A stretch of DNA of 64,000 nt from Promethearchaeota archaeon (GTDB lineage: Archaea > Asgardarchaeota > Lokiarchaeia > Sigyniarchaeales > SOKP01), in assembly GCA_019057865.1 (NCBI GenBank), contig JAHLWP010000010.1, positions 18,163 to 82,162 on the forward strand, written 5' to 3'. A program made the translations under genes and the position numbers. The notes under the pieces were generated by a model that was given only the letters and a program-made list of their open reading frames with translations, searched no databases and was not told the origin of the DNA. The stretch's first letter is position 1. Every line of letters starts with the position of its first letter. This document shows, one piece after another, positions 29,699 through 38,465 of this stretch.

Positions 29699-30301
29699 AT
29701 GCCAAAAACAGAAGAAGAAAAAGGTTTTGTAGAGATTGTTAATAAAAGATATAAACCTAAAGGGACTTTTCATATAATCGAGGCAAATCAACCTATTTAT
29801 AATAAAGATACAGGAAAATTAGCAGGTGTTACAAACCCTAGAGATATGACATATATACATTCATATGGTAGAGAAGCAGTATTTTTCGAGTCTCTAGGTA
29901 AAGGAAGACTTATGGCTTCTAGATGTGATAATGAAAAATGTGAAACAAAAGGTTCAATTTATGAACCATTTAGGATTTTTTGCCCAGATTGCCTAAGAAA
30001 AAATACTGTAATTGATATTACTGAAAAAGCTCAGAAGACAGCAAAAATCCACTCATTTATTATTACTCATCGTTCTGGAGCTTTTAATACGCTACCAAAA
30101 CCAATCAAATTCATAAACGTTGAATTTGATGAAGAAGTAGTCACTATTCTTATGAGCGTGTTAGTTGTCGGAGAACCAGAAATGGGAAAAAGTGTTGTGC
30201 CAATCTTTCGAACCAAGAATCCAACCTATACAATTATGGATTTAATGTTTGTTGTTAAGGGTACACGCGAGTCAGAACTACCAGAGGGTTTTACATTTTA
30301 A
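29699..30301 (+). CDS. DUF35 Zn-ribbon/OB-fold protein
   Basis: The start lies 4 nt after the thiolase-like stop, with AGGAGGA 8 nt upstream. It has a 'CDNEKCE...CPDCLRK' Cys4 ribbon followed by an OB-like beta region. Confidence 0.7.
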   Translation: MPKTEEEKGFVEIVNKRYKPKGTFHIIEANQPIYNKDTGKLAGVTNPRDMTYIHSYGREAVFFESLGKGRLMASRCDNEKCETKGSIYEPFRIFCPDCLRKNTVIDITEKAQKTAKIHSFIITHRSGAFNTLPKPIKFINVEFDEEVVTILMSVLVVGEPEMGKSVVPIFRTKNPTYTIMDLMFVVKGTRESELPEGFTF

Positions 30302-30548
30302 TACTATTTTAAAATTTTTCTTTTTCTTATTCTTATTATTAATAATTTCGAATTTAAAATTTAAAAGTAAAAGCAAATTTAAGACCTAAGGGCAAAAGAG
30401 AAGGAACCTTAAAAGATATATTGTACTGGGAATAATTTAAATCATTTTTTATTTTTATTTCTTGACTTAGTTAAGTCTGATAATTTTAAGCTATTCAATT
30501 AATTTTAAACTGAGAATAAATAAAAAATAAAAATAAAATTTATTAATA

Positions 30549-31442
30549 TCATTGCTGATATAAATTAAAGATCTTTCTTGCCTCATCAGGAGTTGCAGGT
30601 TCACGATTTACTAATCTAGTTACCTTTGCAGCCCACTCTACTTGTTCCCAACTTCCTTTAGCTAATCTACCATCAGGCATGCGGATATTATCTTCTAATC
30701 CAACTCTTATATGTCCTCCCATTGCCGCAGCACATAGTGCTACTTGAAATTGTTGTTTAGCTACACCACAGACACTCCAACTAGCATCTGGAGGTCTTAG
30801 ATTTAGAAAGTGTCCTAAATTTTCAAGAGAAAACGGTACACCTCCTAAAATACCGAATACAAATTGAAAATGAAGGGGAGGATCTAAAAGTCTTTTTGGT
30901 TGCTGTTTTGCTAGATGTAAGATATTATACATACCCCCAAAATCATAAATTTCAATTTCAGGCTTAACTTGTGCCTTTTTCATGGCTTTAGCGAATTTTT
31001 GTATTGTATTGAATGTATTTGCGAATATAAACTTTGCGCCAAGCCCAACTTGTCCAGTTTTATGATCTCCTACTGCAAAATTCATTGAATTGGAATTTAG
31101 TGATGCTATTGGGGGTTTAAACGTTTCAACTGGTGCTATTCTCTGTTTAGGTGTAACAATAGTACTTATTGCAGTACTTAGATTAATTAAGATATCTGGT
31201 GCTTTTTCTTTGATATTATCAATTGCTGTTTTAATTATATCTAAATCTGCAACGGGATTCCCTTTTTCTGGATGTCTTACATGAATATGAACTATTGCTG
31301 CTCCTGCATCATAACATTTTTTTGCTTCATCACCAAACTCCTCCGCAGTATAAGGAACTGCAGGATTCTGGGATTTAATTGTTGCCGCTCCTGTAAGAGC
31401 AGCACTTATTACCAATTTATTTGATAAATCTTCCTCTGACAT
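30549..31442 (-). CDS. beta-keto acid cleavage enzyme (BKACE / 3-keto-5-aminohexanoate cleavage, DUF849 family)
   Basis: 'LVISAALTGAATIKSQNPAVPYTAEEFGDEAKKCYDAGAAIVHIHVR' and 'HIRVGLEDN' are hallmark BKACE TIM-barrel motifs. Confidence 0.85.
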   Translation of the reverse strand: MSEEDLSNKLVISAALTGAATIKSQNPAVPYTAEEFGDEAKKCYDAGAAIVHIHVRHPEKGNPVADLDIIKTAIDNIKEKAPDILINLSTAISTIVTPKQRIAPVETFKPPIASLNSNSMNFAVGDHKTGQVGLGAKFIFANTFNTIQKFAKAMKKAQVKPEIEIYDFGGMYNILHLAKQQPKRLLDPPLHFQFVFGILGGVPFSLENLGHFLNLRPPDASWSVCGVAKQQFQVALCAAAMGGHIRVGLEDNIRMPDGRLAKGSWEQVEWAAKVTRLVNREPATPDEARKIFNLYQQ

Positions 31443-31834
31443 TTTTATTACATTTTTAAATTTGATTTTGTAAATTTTAAATCAGATTACTACTGAAAAA
31501 ATAGATTTTCCTCCTATTAATATTTTTCATATTAATATTAATATTTTTTTTAATTGAGTTAAAGCTTATTAAGGATATAGAGAAATCCTATATTATCATT
31601 TATTTTTTAAAAAAATATTATTCCAATTAAAATCAAATAAATTGAATTTTCTTTTATTTATTATCTTTTTTAGTAGAATTATTAACTTAAAATAAGTTCT
31701 CCACTATGGAATCAAAAGAAACCTTTAGTTGTTTTTTTTTAAATCAGATATTTTTAGATAAATCATTTTCAAATTATTTTAAAACTATTTACTACTATTA
31801 ATAATATTAAAATTCATAAAACATTGAAATTAAA

Positions 31835-32299
31835 ATGAGTGAAGAAAAAGTAATTGTAGCTAATAAGGGGCTTGTTAGAGCTGACTTTGCCTTTTGGGTT
31901 GGTCAATACATGGATAGATTCTATGATGCTCTTGAAAATAAGAGATTTATTGGAAATAAATGTCCAGAATGCGGAAAGATTTTTGTACCTCCGAGAAAGA
32001 CTTGTGGAAAATGTAACAAAACAATCCCATTGGATAAAAACTGGGTTAATTTGCCTGAAACAGGGACCTTGCTAAATTACACTGTCACATATTATAAAGT
32101 AAATGAGAGAACTACTCGAAAAGTTAAAAAACCTCAAATAATTGGCATGATACAAATTGATGGTAGCAATACAGGGATAGTATATCGTCTTTTAAATGTA
32201 GATCCTGATGATGTCAAAGTTGGAATGAAAGTTAAAGTAGTGTGGGAAGAAAAAACAAAAGGAGACCCTTCAGATATTAAGGGTTTCACGAAACTATAG
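31835..32299 (+). CDS. DUF35 Zn-ribbon/OB-fold protein
   Basis: 'CPECGKIFVPPRKTCGKCNK' rubredoxin-like ribbon and a following OB fold ('GMIQIDG...GMKVKVVWEE'). Confidence 0.8.
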   Translation: MSEEKVIVANKGLVRADFAFWVGQYMDRFYDALENKRFIGNKCPECGKIFVPPRKTCGKCNKTIPLDKNWVNLPETGTLLNYTVTYYKVNERTTRKVKKPQIIGMIQIDGSNTGIVYRLLNVDPDDVKVGMKVKVVWEEKTKGDPSDIKGFTKL

Positions 32300-32300
32300 T

Positions 32301-32307
32301 AGGAGGT
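32301..32307 (+). promoter_or_regulatory. Shine-Dalgarno-like AGGAGGT upstream of the 32317 ATG
   Basis: AGGAGGT lies 9 nt before the ATG, in the 17-nt gap after the DUF35 stop. Confidence 0.5.
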
Positions 32308-32316
32308 AAAAAGATT

Positions 32317-33459
32317 ATGCAAAAAGTAGGTATTGTAGGGTATAATCAAGTAAAGTTATATTCAGATGCAAATTATGGGAGGTATGAAATGATTTTTGAA
32401 GCTGTACGAGGAGCATTAGATAGTGCAGGACTGAAAAAGAAAGATATAAGCACAGTGATATCGGCTACTAATGATTATTATGATGGGCGTACTATATCAA
32501 ATGCGTTAACTGTGGAACCTGGAGGAGGATACTTAGCAGATGAGTCAAAAGTTGAGATGGATGGAGCTCATGCTGTTTTATATGGATTGATGCGCATTTT
32601 ATCTGGAAATCATAAACTTGCTGTAGTTTGGGGTGGAAGTATGGCATCATGCTTTCCCTATCATTCTGCTCGATTATATGAGACTGATCCTACATGGGAG
32701 CGTCCAGTTGCTTATGTTAATGATATATCTGCTGCTGGGTTTCAGATGAGGGCTTATATGGAAAAATTTGGAGTAATTCCTGAGGATATCGCTAAGATTG
32801 CTGTTAAAAATAGAAAAAATGCTACTAAAAATCCTCTAGCGTTAGCTGAGGCTCAAAATCCTAATTTAACAGTTAAAGAAGTATTAGAATCGGAAATTTA
32901 TGCTGATCCTATAAAAGAATTAATGGTTGCTCAACCTTGTGATGGTGTTGCCGCATTACTTTTAGCCCCTGAAAAACAAGCATTAAAGATTATAGATAAT
33001 CCAGTTTGGATTACAGGTGTAGGATATAATCAAGAAACTTATTATCTTGGAGATAGAGATTTATTTAAAAGTAAATCTATGGAATTAGCAGGTAAAATGG
33101 CGTTTAGTGCTGCTGGAATCAAAGATCCTAAAAATGAAATCGATGTAGCTGAGTTATTTGAAGGTTATGCACATGAGGAATTGATTTTTACTGAAGCTTT
33201 AGGATTTGTAGAGAAAGGACAAGGAGCAAGTTTAAACTCTGAGATAAATGGGGATCTACCCATCAATCCTTCTGGTGGAGCACTTGGAGGGAATCCGCCA
33301 TGTGCAACAGGTTTAATAAGAATTATTGAAGCTGTAAAACAACTTAAAGGAGAGGCAAATGATTATCAAGTTAGTGGTGCCAAGAAAGCTGTTGTTTCAG
33401 GGCAAATAGGGATGTGTGCACAAAATAATATAGTATATGTATTGGAGGGTGGTAATTAA
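32317..33459 (+). CDS. thiolase-fold protein, divergent (no nucleophilic Cys, no C-terminal His)
   Basis: 'VEMDGAHAVLYGLMRILSG' occupies the nucleophile loop. 'AELFEGYA' replaces HDCF, and 'NPSGGALGGNPPCATG' replaces GHPxGATG. Confidence 0.75.
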   Translation: MQKVGIVGYNQVKLYSDANYGRYEMIFEAVRGALDSAGLKKKDISTVISATNDYYDGRTISNALTVEPGGGYLADESKVEMDGAHAVLYGLMRILSGNHKLAVVWGGSMASCFPYHSARLYETDPTWERPVAYVNDISAAGFQMRAYMEKFGVIPEDIAKIAVKNRKNATKNPLALAEAQNPNLTVKEVLESEIYADPIKELMVAQPCDGVAALLLAPEKQALKIIDNPVWITGVGYNQETYYLGDRDLFKSKSMELAGKMAFSAAGIKDPKNEIDVAELFEGYAHEELIFTEALGFVEKGQGASLNSEINGDLPINPSGGALGGNPPCATGLIRIIEAVKQLKGEANDYQVSGAKKAVVSGQIGMCAQNNIVYVLEGGN

Positions 33460-33461
33460 AT

Positions 33462-34709
33462 ATGGGAAGACAAGTATGTATTGCAAGTGCAGGATTTAGT
33501 GAGCATGCTTCTAAGCGCTCCGATGTAAGTATGCCTGAATTAGTGAGTGAAGCAATAGAAGATTGTTTAAAAAGAGTTCCTAGTGTTGATATTAAAGATA
33601 TTGATGCTTATGTAAATGGTAATATGCCTGCATTTGAAGGTTCAAATATTCCGGAATTATGGATGACTGATTGGATGGGGGCTAGAAACAAACCACTAAT
33701 GAGAGTTACAACAGGAGGAACTACAGGAGGTTCTGTAGCTATTTCTGGATATTATTCTGTTGCTGCTGGTTTACCAGGTGTTGATACTGTGTTAGCTATA
33801 GCTTTTGAACAACAATCTCAAGGAGACACTAGTGTAGGGCTTGCTAGCACAGCTTATGGAGAAATATCAGTTATGAACTCGTTAGGTATTCCTTATGATC
33901 AATTAACCCTTCTTTTTTCTGCTGGTGCAGCAATAGGAATTGCTTCTTATCAAGCTACTAATTATATGCGCAAAAGTAAAATTACAGAAGAAGATTTAGC
34001 AAGAGTAGTTGTTCAAAATAGACATAATGCGGCAAAAACATGGTGGGCTCATTTAAAAATGCCTAACCTCACAATTGAAGAAGTATTAGATACTCCATAT
34101 ATTTCATATCCTTTAAGATATGGAATGGTTTGTCCAGCTTCTGATGGAGCCTGTGCAATGCTCTTTACAACCGAGGAAAAAGCTAAAGATATGAGTGATA
34201 TTCCCGTTTATGTTAATGGAGTGGGTAGTATTGCAACTGAAACTGCTCTTATTGGTTTTAATGGTAGTGGATCAGGACAACTAGACCTTTCTGAGCAATT
34301 AGGTGCTCAAAAGACTTCTGAATTAGCCTTTAGACAGGCAGGTGTTTCTTTTCCAAGGAAAGAAATTGATTATGCTGAGGTATATTCACCATTTCCTAAC
34401 CAAGAGCTTATGTGGGTTGAGCAATTAGGTCTATTCGAAGAAAATACAGCTCCTAATATGTATGAGACAGGGGTAACTGCCTTAAATGGTGAATTACCCG
34501 TGAATTGTTCTGGTGGTGTCAATTCTACAAATGCTATAGGAGCATCGGCAATGGAAAGACCTGCTGTTGCTGCCTTACAAATTATGGGGGAAGCAAGTAA
34601 TCAAGTTCCCAAGACGGTCCATACTGCTTTAGGACACGGATGGGGCGGGTATGTTAATTTAGTAACAATGATGGTTATGGCAGATGAGCCAACCAGAAAA
34701 CTTAGGTAA
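33462..34709 (+). CDS. thiolase-fold protein, divergent (no nucleophilic Cys, no C-terminal His)
   Basis: 'VTTGGTTGGSVAISGYYSVAAG', 'AEVYSPFP' and 'NCSGGVNSTNAIGASA'. The start is 2 nt after the preceding stop, with GGAGGGTGG upstream. Confidence 0.75.
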   Translation: MGRQVCIASAGFSEHASKRSDVSMPELVSEAIEDCLKRVPSVDIKDIDAYVNGNMPAFEGSNIPELWMTDWMGARNKPLMRVTTGGTTGGSVAISGYYSVAAGLPGVDTVLAIAFEQQSQGDTSVGLASTAYGEISVMNSLGIPYDQLTLLFSAGAAIGIASYQATNYMRKSKITEEDLARVVVQNRHNAAKTWWAHLKMPNLTIEEVLDTPYISYPLRYGMVCPASDGACAMLFTTEEKAKDMSDIPVYVNGVGSIATETALIGFNGSGSGQLDLSEQLGAQKTSELAFRQAGVSFPRKEIDYAEVYSPFPNQELMWVEQLGLFEENTAPNMYETGVTALNGELPVNCSGGVNSTNAIGASAMERPAVAALQIMGEASNQVPKTVHTALGHGWGGYVNLVTMMVMADEPTRKLR

Positions 34710-34714
34710 AATAT

Positions 34715-34721
34715 GGAGGAG
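34715..34721 (+). promoter_or_regulatory. Shine-Dalgarno-like GGAGGAG upstream of the in-frame TTG at 34729
   Basis: Read directly: ...TAA AATAT GGAGGAG ATATAAA TTG. Confidence 0.45.
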
Positions 34722-34728
34722 ATATAAA

Positions 34729-35259
34729 TTGTCTAAAAGAACGTTAAGAAAAACAATGGATTATGTTAAAAAAGAATATAAAAGAACTAGAATAATGCCA
34801 GCTAGTTGGTATTTATCCAGTTATAACTTTAAATTTAATATTGCTCATATGAAACCATTTCTTGAAAAATTGAAACAAAAAAAGTTAGTCGGTTTGCAAT
34901 GTTCAAGTTGTAATAGAGTATTTTTTCCGCCTCGCCAAGTCTGTGGTAAATGTCTTGTTAAACCAGATCGTTGGGTAGATTTACGTGAAACGGGGAGAGT
35001 AGCTTCATACACTATAACTTATTTAAAAGATCCCGAAAGTGGTGAAGTTTTAGAACGACCAATTATCTGTGCACAATTAGATGGGGCAGATACGTCATAC
35101 CCAGCAACATTAAGTCCTGATGTTGAATTTAAGGACACATATATTGGAATGCCTATAAAAGTTCATTGGGCAGAAGATATTAGCGGTGGTATGATGGATA
35201 TTGAATATTATGATTTAACTGAAGATGATGCCAAAGATTTAGAATTACGTAAGGAATAA
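34729..35259 (+). CDS. DUF35 Zn-ribbon/OB-fold protein (probable TTG start; the ORF track's ATG is at 34684)
   Basis: 'CSSCNRVFFPPRQVCGKCLV' ribbon plus OB fold. GGAGGAG at 34715..34721 sits 7 nt before the in-frame TTG at 34729. The 34684 ATG would overlap the upstream gene by 26 nt. Confidence 0.75.
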   Translation: MSKRTLRKTMDYVKKEYKRTRIMPASWYLSSYNFKFNIAHMKPFLEKLKQKKLVGLQCSSCNRVFFPPRQVCGKCLVKPDRWVDLRETGRVASYTITYLKDPESGEVLERPIICAQLDGADTSYPATLSPDVEFKDTYIGMPIKVHWAEDISGGMMDIEYYDLTEDDAKDLELRKE

Positions 35260-35325
35260 TAATATCTTTTCATTTTTTCTATTTTTTTCTTTTCCAACAT
35301 AAAAAGAGTATCTGACTTGTAACTA

Positions 35326-36381
35326 CTATAAAAATTTTACAAGTACTTTTCCTATTGTCGCAATGGTAAATTTTATATCATCCTCATTTATTCCATAATG
35401 AGTAACAAACCGAATTCTATGGTTAAAATTGAAGGTTTTAATTCCATTTTTATAAAGTTCAACCATCAATTTATCCATTGGTATTTTTAGTGGAAAATCT
35501 ACCCAGAAAATATTTGTTTCTGGCTGTTGAACTTTAATTGAGAACTCAAGATTCTTAAGACCTTCAGCAAGAAATTTAGCATTCTTATGATCCTCCTCCA
35601 GTCTTTTTATCCATTTCGGTTCAAGTGCTATTAAACCAAAACATGCAATAACTCCAGCTTGTCGCATCCCTCCTCCTAACATTTTTCGATATTTTCTTGC
35701 TTTTTCAATAAAATCGTATGACCCAGCAACAATAGAACCAACTGGACACGAGAGACCTTTGGATAAACAAAACATAACACTATCAACATGTTGAGTAAAA
35801 TCTGAAGCAGGTCTGTTAAGCGCTACCGAAGCATTAAATAATCTTGCACCATCAAGATAGAATTTTAAATCATTTTTCCCTGCAAATTCCTTCATTTTAT
35901 AAAGATCTTCAGGTTTGATTATAGTTCCTCCATGAAAATTATGAGTATCCTCAGCACATAAAAGAGTTGTTGGAGGTTCATGAATATCTTCTTTATCTCG
36001 AATCAATTCTTGAAGTTCATCTAAGTTTGGCATAGCTTTATTTGATGAATAAGTACAAATCATTAATCCTCCGATTCGAGCAGCACTTCCTACCTCATGA
36101 CCATAAATATGACTAAGTTCCTCAACCATTATTTCATCTCCAGGTGTGGTTTGAGATAATAAAGAAACAAGGTTTCCTTGTGTTCCTGAAGTGACAAATA
36201 ATGCTGCTTCTTTTCCAACTATCTTTGCTGCTTTATCTTCCAACTCATTAACAGTTGGATCTTCTCTTTCAACATCATCACCTATCTTTGTATTATCCAA
36301 CGATTTAACTACTTCCCACATTTCGGGAGATGGTTTTGTTACAGTATCAGAACGGAGATCAACAATTTTCATTTTAATCAA
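35326..36381 (-). CDS. ltaE: low-specificity L-threonine aldolase (PLP-dependent)
   Basis: 'DLRSDTVTKPS..M', 'VTSGTQGN', 'GARLFNA' and 'LSKGL..PVGS' (PLP-Lys) form the typical LtaE pattern. Confidence 0.85.
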   Translation of the reverse strand: MIKMKIVDLRSDTVTKPSPEMWEVVKSLDNTKIGDDVEREDPTVNELEDKAAKIVGKEAALFVTSGTQGNLVSLLSQTTPGDEIMVEELSHIYGHEVGSAARIGGLMICTYSSNKAMPNLDELQELIRDKEDIHEPPTTLLCAEDTHNFHGGTIIKPEDLYKMKEFAGKNDLKFYLDGARLFNASVALNRPASDFTQHVDSVMFCLSKGLSCPVGSIVAGSYDFIEKARKYRKMLGGGMRQAGVIACFGLIALEPKWIKRLEEDHKNAKFLAEGLKNLEFSIKVQQPETNIFWVDFPLKIPMDKLMVELYKNGIKTFNFNHRIRFVTHYGINEDDIKFTIATIGKVLVKFL

Positions 36382-36466
36382 AATCTTAAGTATATTATTT
36401 TATGTTTTTATAATGTATCATAGAAATAAAAAATTATTAACAGTATTTTTCATTGAAGTTTTTAAT

Positions 36467-36853
36467 ATGAACAATTTTAGAAAAATTGACGAAAACATAC
36501 AGTTTCCAGAAGTTACCGGTAATTTTATTGTGGTCTATGAAGATCAGGACATCTATTTATATGGATGGATTGCACTTGATAAGACTTTTGATAATTTTTG
36601 CTCTTTTTTACAAGAAGAAATAGAATATTCCTGGGGTTTTGAATACGCAGATATGAACGATTACTTAATTTTCTATATTAATATGAATGATAAAAATCAA
36701 TTAAAAGAAATATCTGATAATCAATATTATCAAAATATTCGAAAGCAAGATGAAATTTTCATAGTAGTATTACATAAAAAAATCAAATATCGAATTATAG
36801 AAAATATTCCACCAGTATACGATTGGTTTATGGAAGATTTTTCAAGTTTTTAA
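36467..36853 (+). CDS. hypothetical protein
   Basis: Only the part of track ORF 36191..36853 that does not lie antisense to ltaE is kept. In-frame ATGs occur at 36413 and 36467. No motif recognised. Confidence 0.35.
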   Translation: MNNFRKIDENIQFPEVTGNFIVVYEDQDIYLYGWIALDKTFDNFCSFLQEEIEYSWGFEYADMNDYLIFYINMNDKNQLKEISDNQYYQNIRKQDEIFIVVLHKKIKYRIIENIPPVYDWFMEDFSSF

Positions 36854-36882
36854 TCTTCTACTTAAAATTTCAAAAAATTCAG

Positions 36883-36896
36883 AAAAAAAAAAAAAA
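36883..36896 (-). terminator. oligo-T (T14 on the sense strand) tract downstream of the decayed permease copy
   Basis: An A14 run on the + strand lies 58 nt beyond the minus-strand stop at 36954. Archaeal terminators are oligo-T tracts. Confidence 0.4.
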
Positions 36897-36953
36897 TTAA
36901 AGATTATTTTTTTAATAATTTCCCGTTATTTTTATTTGAGGTTCTTTGACAAA

Positions 36954-37706
36954 TTACAAACCTGGAATTCCTGTCCGTTTGTGGATGATCTCCAGTATCT
37001 TGGTGATAAATGTGATTGTAATTAAAAAGATCATAGTTGTAAGGACGTATGTAGTGAGTGGATAAAACGTCTTATGAGCGATAACGTCTGCCTGAAAAAA
37101 TAATTCCTCCACTCCTCCAATAAAATAGATAAGGACAGTATATTTTGGAAGATAAGCAGCTTCATTGGACCAAGCAGGGATAACACGGCGCAAAGCTTGT
37201 GGTAATACGATATGGTGAATACTAGCAATACGTGACATTCCCAGCGAGCGTGCAGCTTCTAATTACCCAGTTCCAACAGAAATAATGGCTCCACGGAGAT
37301 ATTCAGCTTGATAAACCGCACTATTAAGACTCAGCGTGAGTATACCCACAAATATTGGGTAATCCATAAGCTTCAGAGTGATGTCTCTATCTAGCATTCT
37401 AAAGCTAGTCTTTAAACTCCAACTTCCAACAGGGATATTTAAGCTAACGGGAAGAAAATAAATGAATAATAATTGCGCGAGCAAAGGTGTACCACGTATA
37501 ATCTCAATGTACCCAGTAGCAATCCGTGAAAGAATCCTCCCTCCGTACTGGCGAAGTATGCTAAGGATAAGACCAAGCAAAAAGCCCATCAAAAGTGCGC
37601 ATCCATACAACCACATCGTCAATAAAAAACCTGAGAAGATATGATCCCAGGATTTCAGTACAGCAAAAATTTCCTTAATGGGGTTGGGACTAGCTTGAAA
37701 TATCAT
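36954..37706 (-). pseudogene. amino-acid ABC transporter permease, interrupted by one in-frame TAA (paralog of 40713..41462)
   Basis: The two track ORFs (37263..37706 and 36954..37238) are collinear with the intact permease. This copy reads 'ISVGTG*LEAARSLGMSRIASIHHIVLPQ' against intact 'TSVGTEQLVAAQSLGMSRRAGIVHIVLPQ'. The stop codon is at 37260..37262. Confidence 0.75.
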
Positions 37707-38440
37707 TTACTTTCCTCCTCATATGATTGCTTTAAAAGCCCTTCATGGCTTCCATATAATATCTGAAGCTGTTTGAGAAATTTTTTTACTCGATCAGACT
37801 TAGGCGAGGTGAAGAAATGTTTAGGAGTTCCCCGTTCTAAGATAACTCCATCACCGAGAAAAATCATTTCTGATGCAACAGCTCTCGCGAAACCCATTTC
37901 GTGAGTGACAACTATCATTGTAGTACCTGCTTTAGCAATATCCAACATCACTTGGAGTACTTCGCCAATCAGTTCAGGATCTAAAGCAGAAGTAGGCTCG
38001 TCAAACAAGATTACATCTGGCTCCATGGCCAAAGCACATGCAATACCTACACGTTGTTGTTGTCCACCGGATAGTTCTGCAGGATAGTGATCAGCCCATT
38101 GCTCCATTTTAACTTGTTGCAATGCCTCTAGTGCCTTTGCGCGAGCTTCTTCCTTTAAAAGACCTTTCACCCGGCGAAGCCCTATACTAACATTATCTAT
38201 CGCTTTGAGATGAGCAAATAGATTAAAATGTTGGAATACCATGCCGATCCTTGCTCGTATCGTATTAAGATTTATTCCAGATGCCATAAGATTCTGTCCA
38301 CGAAGATATACTTCACCCTTATCTGGTGGGCTTAGCATATTGATGCAACGAAGTAGTGTACTTTTACCAGAACCACTTGGCCCAAATATTATCTTGACTT
38401 CTCGCTCTGCTACTTCGAGTGAAACACCCTTAATAAATCC
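37703..38440 (-). pseudogene. amino-acid ABC transporter ATPase, 5'-truncated with no start codon (paralog of 41459..42250)
   Basis: Walker A ([13 protein letters not shown]), LSGGQQQRV and Walker B ([11 protein letters not shown]) are present. The frame runs upstream of the track's Met ('[27 protein letters not shown]...') but reaches a stop without any start and lacks ~20 N-terminal residues. Confidence 0.65.
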
Positions 38441-38465
38441 GGAGCAATTCCAAGGTAAAGATTTA

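Noticed and set aside
31560-31600. A small hairpin (AGGAT-n8-ATCCT) and repeated 'aaatcagat' words in the 392-nt BKACE/DUF35 intergenic region.
   Set aside because: A 5-bp stem and short word repeats are expected by chance in ~20 % G+C intergenic DNA. Nothing supports a structured RNA or an operator.
36191-36466. The N-terminal 92 codons of track ORF 36191..36853.
   Set aside because: This part is antisense to the well-supported threonine aldolase gene (35326..36381). Only the portion from the ATG at 36413 or 36467 is plausibly coding.
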